Shown: one piece after another, positions 12,740-25,451 of the stretch
Position numbering within the stretch: position 1 is the stretch's first letter
How the letters are laid out: each line of letters begins with the position of its first letter
Assembly: GCA_020137815.1 (NCBI GenBank)
Contig: CM035355.1
Location: forward strand, 2,976,001-3,040,000
Origin: Hormiphora californensis
Lineage: Eukaryota > Animalia > Ctenophora
Reading direction: 5' to 3'
DNA length: 64,000 bases
Position numbers and translations under genes: made by a program
Notes under the pieces: model-generated
Told to the model about the DNA's origin: nothing
Database searches by the model: none
The model's input: the letters and a program-made list of their open reading frames with translations, nothing else

Positions 12740-13738
12740 TCCCCTCTCCCTATCTTTTCTCTGTTAGACAGGAAGCTCTTCGAATGCCCTATCGTCTTGC
12801 GTCTGGAATGTTTATAGCGACAAGGTTAGGCTTGTCTGCCGCTGACCGTTTCTTATGTTTCAGTGGGCGGTTGCGTTACTCCTGTCTGACAGTATTACTC
12901 ATTTTTCTACAAATTTTTTGTGTCCATTGTACAATTGTTTACCCCCGTCCTGTCTCACTCAGATCATACTCTTCCCTTAACCTTAACCTTCATTCCATCT
13001 CAACTATCATTAGCTTGGAGAGAACATGGGGAATCCAATCAAATCTGACGGGCAGATAATTCACTACAATAAATTGGTTTAAATAGTTGGCGTTTCCTAG
13101 TGGCTAGACAGTGGTATTTGCAAAAGGAAATTGAGAGTGCTAGTTGAGTCCAGTCAGAGTGGGTGATAAAACACTTTTGGAGTTGGTCAATTTTGTGTTG
13201 AAGGCCATCTAATCGCGCAAAACAACGCAGTTCGAGAGATAGAGAGATAGCAGAAGGAGAGATAGAGAGAGAGAGAGAGGAGGAGGGTGAAAGAAAATGC
13301 AAAATATTAGGCCAATTGGCCAGGAATTAGATGTGTGCGTGTTGCTGGTCTGTCTCTTTCTCTCTCTCATACCACTTTGTACTATTTGCTTTATGCTTAG
13401 CGAATGAGAAGTGTGAAAGAGCATTGAAAGGAAGAAAGAGGAAAGAGTAGGAGGGATTAGAGCAATCATTTACGAGTAACAGTTGTAAAATTCATTTTCT
13501 AAAGGAGCAGTTTAAATTGTAAGAGCACGTCGGCGACCCTTTAATCTCAATCCATTGCATTTTGCTAGTTTTATGATCTTCTTGACCCCTCATTATTACC
13601 CGATATAGCGACATGATAGTGGCAATCTGCAGCTCCAGCTCGGTTGAAGTCCTGTTCTACAGATGTATGTTAGCCTACCACCTCTTTGTGTGTTGGTATC
13701 GAGTTGAATACCCTGTGTACACACCTGCTGACAAGACC
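9806..13738 (-). CDS. Possible multi-exon gene for an unknown Cys-rich protein (fragments only)
   Basis: Exon-like blocks with AG/GT ends: ~13738-13599 (SCQQVCTQGIQL...SCRYI), ~10494-10320 (AFNPPNKTRQ...CCLLLQECESHGSCPGCNL) and ~9918-9806 (QSHTVAWH...WAFRSHK). The last two join in phase 2. No family recognised. Confidence 0.35.
11249..11951. mobile_element. MITE-like element (~0.7 kb)
   Basis: 23-bp inverted termini TAGTACGGACTATTTTGGGAGTG / CACTCCCAAAATAGTCCGTACTA, plus an internal inverted pair at ~11547-11730. Confidence 0.5.
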
Positions 13739-13751
13739 TACGGAGGTAAGA

Positions 13752-13786
<35 letters not shown>

Positions 13787-13790
13787 TAGA

Positions 13791-13838
<48 letters not shown>

Positions 13839-14665
13839 AGAGAGAGAGAGAGAGAGAGATAGAGAGAGGGGAGTCGGGAAAGAAGGAATGAGGTGGCATC
13901 ATCATCTCAATAATCGTATAAAAAGTGTGCCACCCGCACACCACATACCTCATTTTCTGCCACTAGGGTCCCCTAACTTATTCAGTGACTAATATTATCC
14001 ATCTCTTATTTCTTTCTCGATCCTTCTTCTCAATTCTAAATCCGAGCTATATGAATTATATGAGTGCATCCTACTATGTCTCCTAGGGATCAGAATGTCC
14101 CGAATGTAACACTTGTCGCAAACTATGGAGAAAGAGAGGTGGAGAGAGAATGAGGGTAGAAAGAGGGGGAGAGAATGGGGGTAGAGAGAGGGAGAGAGAA
14201 TGGGGGTAGAGAGAGGGAGAAGTCTGAGAAGTTGGAATAGGGCACAGGACGTTTTTCTGAGTAATCAACGCGTCGGCACTCGGAGACAGGCTGTATTTTG
14301 CGGCGGCATAGTTTAGGCTCAGGGGAATGAGAGAGATGAGAGATGGAGAAAGAAAGAGAGAGATAGAAATGGAGAGAGGACTGATTTCAAGATTTATGCA
14401 GAAAGGGTTTCGTAGACGGGGAAAATAATTATTGATATGGGGTGCGATTATTGCAGGTAATCATGTCTGCCCCAAACCGCAAACCGCAACAACCCTAGAA
14501 TTATGGGGGCCTTATAGTAGCCAGCCATCACGCTCCCAAAATATCTCGTTATGTCTGGTACTATAATATACCCCTAAATAATCTATCCACCCTAAACTCT
14601 ACAATCCCTCCTCCCCCTTCCCATCTCTCCAGACATCCTAAGTCCTAACCCTTTCCTTCCTTCAG

Positions 14666-15219
14666 GTAAATGGAAATACTTGACACACTGGAACGCGATG
14701 CTGCAACTCCTCTATTACCTCCTGTTCGGCACCCTCTCCCTCCTCACATCCTCCCTCCCAACCTCTCTCCGGAAACTCCGGGACTATCTCTACCACGTGC
14801 TCGTCCTGCCCCTATCTGTGTTCGTGGCGGCCATGTTTTGGGGTCTCTACCATTGGGACAGAGAGATGGTGTTCCCTGCCTGGCTGGATGAGATGATCAC
14901 ACCCTTCTTCAACCACCAGAAACATACTGCTATCATCATTTGGTCGATAGCAGAGTTGCTCCTAGTACACCACGTAGTCCCCTCTTTTACACATGGACTT
15001 CTTCTAGCCGTCCTGTTTCCTTCGTGTTACCTCATGACAGTGTTATATGTGAACTACCAATCGGGTGTGTGGGCCTACCCTATATTGGGGGTTCTGGACT
15101 CCACAGGGTTGGGCCTCTTCCTGGCAGCGTGTATAATGGGCTATGTGGCTCTATTCTGGGTTTCAGCTACGCTAGGAAGGACAACAGGCCGTGCTCGACA
15201 AACTGTTAAAATCGATTAA
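14666..15219 (+). CDS. AIG1/ADTRP (FAR-17a) family transmembrane threonine hydrolase, last coding exon
   Basis: The acceptor CCTTCAG at 14665 is followed by GKWKYLTHWN (KYLT motif with the catalytic Thr), FWGLY.WDREMVFP, NHQKHT (His motif) and GVWAYPIL, with several TM helices. The first exon was not located. Confidence 0.85.
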
Positions 15220-16147
15220 TGTATGTGTTTTTGGGCCGTTTTTTGTTCAGTTGGATTGTTTCTTTGGGATAGTTTTATTGTTTTTTTGAGGCATAGCTTC
15301 GTTATAATTTGTAGCCAGTTTTATCATAAGAGTGGTAATTGTATTAGTTGAGTGAAGTTTTCAGATGATTTTATTTGGGTCCAAGCGGTTTCATAGCCAT
15401 TGTGTCAAGGTATTATCTCGGCTTGTTTTCAGTAGATAAGATGGATGAAGCCTTACTACCATTATATAGCGACCTATAACCTGGTTATTTTGATGTGACA
15501 TTGTTCTTTATATTTCGAATGATTTGCACATAACAATACAAGCGTATTTTTCGGTTCAATTGGTGTCGGAAAATTTGACAGTCTACACATTGACAGTCTA
15601 CACATCAAATTTAACATGTGTGTGTGCTTCGTACGAAAATAATGCTTAGACTGTACGGACAAATAACTTACTCTCATCATACTAGTTTTGATCTCCGATA
15701 TCTGCTCTCTCTCTAGATAGATCAGACCTGTCTGGCGGCGGCCAATTTGATTCTGACAGTGCGCTCAGTTGGGGTCGGCGGCGCCAGACAGATCAGACTG
15801 GGAAGATCTGACACTGTCAGGCCAATGCTCTGACAGATAAGACACGTCCTATATATCTTATTGTCGAGTAGTGCAACTCAACAAATATCACACGCCCTAT
15901 CTCTGCAAGGAAATTTAAACAACAACACGCATCGCCCTAACACAGACGCCAGAGATGCTAAACTGTCCCATTTCCCCCGCCAATTTGTGGCATACTCGGC
16001 CCGTGTCGCTGCAGATCGTATGTTCCATTTTGATTTAGCGAATTTATCTGAGTTTCAACGTGATGACGTCAGAGCTGTGTCACGTGATGACGTCACGATC
16101 ATGTGTTCCCCCGTGTCGGTGAGACGGCCAACATAAATCTATCTGAC

Positions 16148-19100
16148 CTATCTGAGGCGCTCTCTCTCCTCTTCCTCCCAGGCTGCAAGGGCCTTCAACT
16201 GAGCCTCTGACAACTTTTTAGTATCCATGGCAACGTTTCCTGGGGTACGGTTTAGTGTGATTATTTGTTATATTCTAACCTCAAGGCGCGCGAAACAGAG
16301 TCTAGCTAGACAAGTAATAATTGGGTGGAGAGAGACAGGTCGTTATTTGGAAACCACAATTGGATAAAGTTCGGGGTAGATGGTACTTGCGAATCAGGTC
16401 CTACGGTAATTCCTATCCAGCTTGGCGGTAACTACAGAACGTTTACATGATCGCTCAATAACTCACCACTGTTTTCCCGTGATATCTGATCAGTGTGGTC
16501 CTTAGCGCTGAGCATGGCCCCGTTGACTGGTACCACGGTCCTTCTAGGGGGCTCAGCTGGTTTAGCTCCGTTCTGTTGTCCCATCATGGGTCTCTTGATG
16601 GGTCTTGCATGTGGCTGGGAGGGGTATTGGGTGTTAGTTTTCTGAGGCAGCTTGGGTATAAATCATTGGATATGATCAATGGAATAAATTTATCAGGATT
16701 GGAGGAATTACTACTGGGGTCACTATAATATCATTCTGAGAATCATAGCGTGACCTGTAATTCTAAGGATGATATCTCTGGAGGTTTCTAAAGAAAGCTT
16801 AAGTATTCCTTTACACGAAAACTGTCCCCCACTGAAACCCAGATTACTAAAAGATTAAGTTACTATACCTCAAGTTCTCGTTTTGTTCGGGGATGGCTAC
16901 TCTTCATTATGGTTGTAGCGGTGTTTTGATGTGATGAAGGGGTCGATGATGGGCGGGATGATTGGGTCGATGTTGGGCGGGATGATCTGTTTGGTGTCGA
17001 ATATCCCATGTTAGGGGAAGAACCCTGGACCGGCCGGGACGATTTGTTATTGGTCGGTCGGGGTCGAGCTGTGCCGTACAGGGATCCCAGAGGATTGTAT
17101 CTGCAGAAAAGAGGATTGTCGTTTGGAGTTGGTGGAATGATCAGCTTAGGGTGTCTCCTGGTATGAGACGGTTACGTAGGAGTGAGGGAAAGAAAGATAG
17201 GGTAAGAGGGAGAGAAACTGAGAAGTAAGAGGTAAAAGATTTGGCCTTTTTATATTTCGTAGGACTGTAGGGACCTTTACCATATACCGCCATATAATAT
17301 TCAAATATGAGTGATAGAGTCGAGTGATGATAAGTGAAGACTGAAGAGTGAAGAAAGCAAAGGGATGCCGTGACAGGTACAAATTCAAAAGTGAGGTAGA
17401 GGGGGAGAGATAGAGGGAGATAAAGGGAGAGATATAGAGGGAGAGAAAATAAGGAGATGAAGAGAAAAGGAAAGGGAGATATAGATGGAAAATAAAGGAG
17501 AAAGAGGGTAATTTGTCACATACCCCATCCTTGAGGGAGGCGTGTTGTCCAGGACAGCACGAGTGGGTGCCTCAGCTAGGAAGTCATCACCGGTGTACCG
17601 TCGAGAGGTGCCCGTGTAACCATGGTAACTGTTGTTGGGTGATGTACCGTTGTTGTTATAGTAACCTGGAGAGGGAGAGAGATCGTGAGATTCTTGTCAT
17701 GTTCCGGGTTCGTGAAACATATCACCCCCTGGTCACAGCTCAGCAAACCCGACATACAATAAAGAATGTGGGGTAACATTATTTCCATTAGTTCCGGTGG
17801 CATGACCCCCCACTTTTGTAATATTCTTGTATTGTTCATACCATTATTTTTTATTTTATAAAATAATAGTAGTGCCCGGGGGGACGTCCAAGAGAAATTT
17901 AGAACCTTTCCTCCCAGCTCTACCCCAGCGATCTACAAATGTTGTATGTAAGATGGCAAAATGGTGCCAGGAAGTTTATAGTGTCAAACTTGTTAGGTAT
18001 CGTGTTGAAATGAGTGAAAGATCAGGATAGGGTGTGAAAAATACCACATCTCCCCGTCTCCTCATATAATATCACTACGTCACAACTCTCGTGTTACAAT
18101 TTCTAAATTTCTGCAGAATTTTCTATCTACCCCCTTCTTGTTACAAAATGGGCATTTCCAAGATGAGAAGCACAAAGATCAAAACTCTCTAAATCGATCT
18201 CTAAAGCACTCACCGTTTGTAGAGACAACCCCAGCCCTGGGTCGATATGAGAACTCACCGTTTGTAGAGACAACCCCAGCCCGGGGTCGATATGAGAACT
18301 CACCGTTTGTAGAGACAACCCCAGCCCTGGGTCGATATGAGAACTCACCGTTTGTAGAGACTACCCCAGCCCGGGGTCGATATGAGAACTCACCGTTTGT
18401 AGAGACAACACCAGCCCGGGGTCGATATGAGAACTCACCGTTTGTAGAGACAACCCCAGCCCGGGGTCGATATGAGAACTCACCGTTTGTAGAGACAACC
18501 CCAGCCCGGGGTCGATATGAGAACTCACCGTTTGTAGAGACAACCCCAGCCCTGGGTCGATATGAGAACTCACCGTTTGTAGAGACAACCCCAGCCCGGG
18601 GTCGATATGAGAACTCACCGTTGGTAGAGACTACCCCAGCCCGGGGTCGATATGAGAACTCACCGTTTGTAGAGACAACCCCAGCCCTGGGGTCGATATG
18701 AGAACTCACCGTTTGTAGAGACAACCCCAGCCCTGGGTCGATATGAGAACTCACCGTTTGTAGAGACAACCCCAGCCCTGGGGTCGATATGAGAACTCAC
18801 CGTTTGTAGAGACAACCCCAGCCCTGGGTCGATATGAGAACTCACCGTTTGTAGAGACAACCCCAGCCCGGGGTCGATATGAGAACTCACCGTTGGTAGA
18901 GACAACCCCAGCCCGGGGTCGATATGAGAACTCACCGTTGGTAGAGACAACCCCAGCCCGGGGTCGATATGAGAACTCACCGTTTGTAGAGACAACCCCA
19001 GCCCGGGGTCGATATGAGAACTCACCGTTTGTAGAGACAACCCCAGCCCGGGGTCGATATGAGAACTCACCGTTTGTAGAGACAACCCCAGCCCGGGGTC

Positions 19101-22100
19101 GATATGAGAACTCACCGTTTGTAGAGACAACCCCAGCCCGGGGTCGATATGAGAACTCACCGTTTGTAGAGACTACCCCAGCCCGGGGTCGATATGAGAA
19201 CTCACCGTTTGTAGAGACAACCCCAGCCCGGGGTCGATATGAGAACTCACCGTTTGTAGAGACAACCCCAGCCCGGGGTCGATATGAGAACTCACCGTTT
19301 GTAGAGACAACCCCAGCCCGGGGTCGATATGAGAACTCACCGTTTGTAGAGACAACACCAGCCCGGGGTCGATATGAGAACTCACCGTTTGTAGAGACTA
19401 CCCCAGCCCGGGGTCGATATGAGAACTCACCGTTTGTAGAGACAACCCCAGCCCGGGGTCGATATGAGAACTCACCGTTTGTAGAGACAACCCCAGCCCG
19501 GGGTCGATATGAGAACTCACCGTTTGTAGAGACAACCCCAGCCCGGGGTCGATATGAGAACTCACCGTTTGTAGAGACAACCCCAGCCCGGGGTCGATAT
19601 GAGAACTCACCGTTTGTAGAGACAACCCCAGCCCGGGGTCGATATGAGAACTCACCGTTTGTAGAGACAACCCCAGCCCGGGGTCGATATGAGAACTCAC
19701 CGTTTGTAGAGACAACCCCAGCCCTGGGTCGATATGAGAACTCACCGTTTGTAGAGACAACCCCAGCCCTGGGTCGATATGAGAACTCACCGTTTGTAGA
19801 GACAACCCCAGCCCGGGGTCGATATGAGAACTCACCGTTTGTAGAGACAACACCAGCCCGGGGTCGATATGAGAACTCACCGTTTGTAGAGACAACCCCA
19901 GCCCGGGGTCGATATGAGAACTCACCGTTTGTAGAGACTACCCCAGCCCGGGGTCGATATGAGAACTCACCGTTTGTAGAGACTACCCCAGCCCGGGGTC
20001 GATATGAGAACTCACCGTTGGTAGAGACAACCCCAGCCCGGGGTCGATATGAGAACTCACCGTTTGTAGAGACAACCCCAGCCCGGGGTCGATATGAGAA
20101 CTCACCGTTTGTAGAGACTACCCCAGCCCGGGGTCGATATGAGAACTCACCGTTTGTAGAGACTACCCCAGCCCGGGGTCGATATGAGAACTCACCGTTT
20201 GTAGAGACAACACCAGCCCGGGGTCGATATGAGAACTCACCGTTGGTAGAGACAACCCCAGCCCGGGGTCGATATGAGAACTCACCGTTTGTAGAGACAA
20301 CCCCAGCCCGGGGTCGATATGAGAACTCACCGTTTGTAGAGACAACCCCAGCCCGGGGTCGATATGAGAACTCACCGTTTGTAGAGACAACCCCAGCCCG
20401 GGGTCGATATGAGAACTCACCGTTTGTAGAGACAACCCCAGCCCGGGGTCGATATGAGAACTCACCGTTTGTAGAGACAACACCAGCCCGGGGTCGATAT
20501 GAGAACTCACCGTTTGTAGAGACAACCCCAGCCCGGGGTCGATATGAGAACTCACCGTTGGTAGAGACAACCCCAGCCCTGGGTCGATATGAGAACTCAC
20601 CGTTGGTAGAGACAACCCCAGCCCGGGGTCGATATGAGAACTCACCGTTTGTAGAGACAACCCCAGCCCGGGGTCGATATGAGAACTCACCGTTGGTAGA
20701 GACAACCCCAGCCCTGGGTCGATATGAGAACTCACCGTTGGTAGAGACTACCCCAGCCCTGGGGTCGATATGAGAACTCACCGTTTGTAGAGACAACACC
20801 AGCCCGGGGTCGATATGAGAACTCACCGTTTGTAGAGACAACCCCAGCCCGGGGTCGATATGAGAACTCACCGTTTGTAGAGACAACCCCAGCCCGGGGT
20901 CGATATGAGAACTCACCGTTTGTAGAGACAACCCCAGCCCGGGGTCGATATGAGAACTCACCGTTTGTAGAGACAACCCCAGCCCTGGGTCGATATGAGA
21001 ACTCACCGTTGGTAGAGACAACCCCAGCCCGGGGTCGATATGAGAACTCACCGTTGGTAGAGACAACCCCAGCCCTGGGTCGATATGAGAACTCACCGTT
21101 GGTAGAGACAACCCCAGCCCGGGGTCGATATGAGAACTCACCGTTTGTAGAGACAACCCCAGCCCGGGGTCGATATGAGAACTCACCGTTTGTAGAGACT
21201 ACCCCAGCCCGGGGTCGATATGAGAACTCACCGTTTGTAGAGACAACCCCAGCCCTGGGTCGATATGAGAACTCACCGTTGGTAGAGACAACACCAGCCC
21301 GGGGTCGATATGAGAACTCACCGTTGGTAGAGACAACACCAGCCCGGGGTCGATATGAGAACTCACCGTTGGTAGAGACAACCCCAGCCCGGGGTCGATA
21401 TGAGAACTCACCGTTTGTAGAGACAACACCAGCCCGGGGTCGATATGAGAACTCACCGTTTGTAGAGACAACCCCAGCCCGGGGTCGATATGAGAACTCA
21501 CCGTTTGTAGAGACAACCCCAGCCCGGGGTCGATATGAGAACTCACCGTTTGTAGAGACAACCCCAGCCCGGGGTCGATATGAGAACTCACCGTTTGTAG
21601 AGACAACCCCAGCCCGGGGTCGATATGAGAACTCACCGTTTGTAGAGACAACCCCAGCCCGGGGTCGATATGAGAACTCACCGTTGGTAGAGACAACCCC
21701 AGCCCTGGGTCGATATGAGAACTCACCGTTGGTAGAGACTACCCCAGCCCGGGGTCGATATGAGAACTCACCGTTTGTAGAGACAACCCCAGCCCTGGGT
21801 CGATATGAGAACTCACCGTTTGTAGAGACAACCCCAGCCCGGGGTCGATATGAGAACTCACCGTTGGTAGAGACTACCCCAGCCCTGGGGTCGATATGAG
21901 AACTCACCGTTTGTAGAGACTACCCCAGCCCGGGGTCGATATGAAAACTCATCATCCTCCTCATCAGATTCACTAGACCCCACATCTTCTGGTCTCATTA
22001 GTATCGCATCCTCCGCCTCTTCATCTTCCTCCTCACCGGAGCTAACCCTCTTCCCTCTTCCCCGGACATTATCATCGTCAATGTTGTGCTCATAAACCTG

Positions 22101-25100
22101 CAGAACAGAGATTCTGGTACTACATATTGCTAGGCAAAAATCAATTGATAACTGCTTGAAGTTTCCAAATCACGATATATCTAGTTAGCATGGCTAGACA
22201 ACAGTTTTAGAAGGATATAACTATTGGCACAAAGCCATGGGAATATTGCCATACCTTCATAGCACGCTCCGTGAGACGACCTATTTCAGATATTTTGGGT
22301 CTGGGTCTCCGTGGTGTTACTGTGGAGACTGCCATTGGAGATGAACTAGTTGTACTGTGAACAACACTGGGGGGAGGAGGGTGGTGAGAGGGATGGTACA
22401 GACAAACATTCTTACTCAGATAATTCTGTCAGGCCAATGCTCTGACCGCGGTTCTCGCGGGCAGAACAGGAAATGAGAATAGGGTCAGGTAAATGCTCTG
22501 ACAGGTAGAGCAGGGCTAGTACTCAGTATAATATATCAGGAGAGAGTTAACAATTATATAGCTGTGTGTAAATGTAATGAGGAGTCACTTGCTGCTTACT
22601 TGTTGTTAGATGATCGAGGTGTAATTAGGCCACCAGCAGAGTGTAATCCCCTCTGTAACCGACTAGTAGAGTACACTGACTGGGGGAGTACCGTGCCCGT
22701 AGCAGGGCGACCTTGGGGTGTTGAAAATCGGACAAACGCCTTCATTTGGGGTCTACCTTGGTTCGGCCTGAAAGAGGTAAGTTAGTTTGGGATTTCTTCC
22801 TGTAAGAAGCCTGATCTAGGTAGATATCAGACCCAAGAAGACAAGCTGACAAAAACACACTCACTCAGTGTACCTTGGGGCAGAGTGAACTGTAGAGTGT
22901 TGTAACTTTGGTTTCTTTCTAACTTTAGTAGTACTAGGAGTCCCCCGGGCCATCAGGTGTAAGTTGAGTTTCCTGAACTTTTGCTGTAAGTGTAGGTAGA
23001 GCAACAACTGAGGAGAGAGGGGCTTTATTGGAACATGTGGGTGATAGAGAAAGGAGAGAATAGAAATTGAAGTACAGAATACAGATACTTCATAAAATGA
23101 CCGTCTTCATCATGGTTTCCTCCTACCTGTTCACAAATTGGACAGTACCAGTCCTCTTCAGGTATAACCTCAATGGGAGGATGCAGGCAGGCCATGTGAT
23201 ACGTAGCAAGATCACATCCATCACAAAACAACATCTATGGGAAAGTGTCCGTTGGTTGTACATTGTATAACATGCACATCTCTACACCGCTCTATCCCTT
23301 CCCTTCCTCTTGTCCGATTGACTCCGTTCTTTTTGGAGCTGTCCCGTCGTGCCGTGAGGTATGTAGGTGTGTTGGGGATGGGAACGGGGGTACAGGCATG
23401 GCTGGCGGGGAGTAGCTAACACGTGGTTTGGGCTTGCTAAAATGTCATGTATTTACATGAAAGAGGGCTGCGCGGTTACACTCTCACAGTGTTTGCACGC
23501 TTTACTTTATTTACCCCCCAACTGCGCGGTGAAATGCGCGCGCGGTCGATGGAAACTCCGCTCGCTCCCTTCTTCCCCCACACACATCTCTGCACTGGAA
23601 TGTCGCTATATACCACCAACTACATAGTACATACCAACTACATAGTACATACCAACTACATAGTACATACCAACTACATACCGTGTCTAGATTCTCTGAT
23701 CCCTGGCAAGCCCAGCACCGGTCCTCTGGTTCGGAGGGTTTCTTGATCTCCTTGATGGAGGGTAGGGTAACAAGGATGTCCAGGAACTGTCGAGTAATCC
23801 GGCACGCAGTGTGAAACTGGGGCTTCCTGAGGAGGTCGGTGTACATTGTTCATTAACAAAGAGAAACAAGTACATAGTTCATTAAAATAATGGGTGTTTT
23901 TTGTAACTTCTCCCTTTCTCTTGATTTCAGTTTGACAATCATACTACTTACTAAGCAAATTGTGTGACAGAGATCACCTAGCAACTACACTTGCACGTGC
24001 AATTATTAGAGCGACCTGGAGAGATCTCTCCCGGTTGCAGTTGGGTACCAAGGGGAAATTCAATTCTGCACGTGCATTTACTTCTGTCCTTATGTCTAGC
24101 TCTTCCACCCCAAGCGCTATTCGACAACGGTTATATGGGTCCAGAAGATCTGCTGCTGTCAGAGAGCAGGCTAGAGAATATGACAGATTACGCCAACGTG
24201 TTCAAGCGAGCCAATCAACCACTGAGGATAGCTTTACCCAACGTCGCCCAAGGGTGATTACTCCAGTCGAATATAGAAATCTCCGAATCGGCTACATAGC
24301 GGTCAAGTTTTCACGTGATGAGTTTCTGGAACGGCACTGCACCTCCATGACATTGATCTCTTAAATTCGGACCTTGACATTGTCAGGAAGCCCAGAGCGT
24401 ACAACAACATGAGTAGGGAGAAAGTGAGAGATAGGCTAGGAACGGATGGTGCAGGTGATGTCAGCGTTCCCTAATCAAGCTACCATTTCCGCGAAATTCG
24501 CCCGTAGGGCGAACGGGCCTACTAGTGAATACTAATGGGAATGAAAGAAACCATCAAACCATCAAGCTTTTATCTCTCATTACATCTTATCTCTCCCCTT
24601 CAAATATTAAGATATCCTAACTTTTCAAGAAGCCCCTTTGCTTCTTTTTCAACGTTAGATAAATGCAGTACAACTATAATTTTACTATGTATGGCTGTTT
24701 TCTTTTAACTAAAAGATTCAACTAACAGCGGCTGAATTGGTAATGAAATCGAAATATTGGAAGAAATAAGTTATCACTCAGTATTATACTCACTCCCAAC
24801 TTCCCCTGCTTGCTAATCCCAATTCCCCTCTCCCTAATATACCATATATGGTGTTCCATACCTTATAGGGTGCTCCAACATGGGTCTGCTCATTGCCTTG
24901 GTCCGTGCCACATCTGCAGGGACCACTGCACCCCCATTAGTCTTGTTTGTAGAGGAGGAAGAGTCTGTGGAGTTACCTCCGTCACTGGGCTGCTTACCTG
25001 AGGGTTGAATTGTTCATACGGAAACAGTGACAAGCGACTCAACCTGAGGGACTGTGGAGAGGGAATAGGGGAGGGCCGAGGGGTGGGGAGAGAAAGAGTA

Positions 25101-25404
25101 GGTAGGGCAGTAGGGTAGATGGATAAAATACCCGGGAGGACAATAGAATTTCCATTTTCCATCAAACACTAAGATGTCAGCCAACACCTTTCCTTGCTCG
25201 ACCCTATCTCACCGGGATTTGAACAAAACAACCACCAGTCTATTATAGATTACTACATTTGAAAAGTGTGTAGATTAATACTACTACTACAATGTGTACC
25301 TCTTGAAATACTGAGAAACTTCTTGGATCTCTTCCGGGATTTCGCCAGATCGATTGCCCTCTTGTACTGAGGGAGTGAAGCAGGGGTAAGTGGGTGGAAG
25401 AGGA

Positions 25405-25451
<47 letters not shown>

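Noticed and set aside
18127-21907. Long ORFs (up to 811 aa) on both strands, and CRISPR-like periodicity
   Set aside because: They arise from a stop-free 45-bp satellite. There are no unique spacers or cas genes, and the context is eukaryotic.
23025-23846. Separate PHD-finger gene
   Set aside because: Splice phases link these exons continuously to the upstream DDT/WHIM exons, so they belong to the RSF1-like gene.
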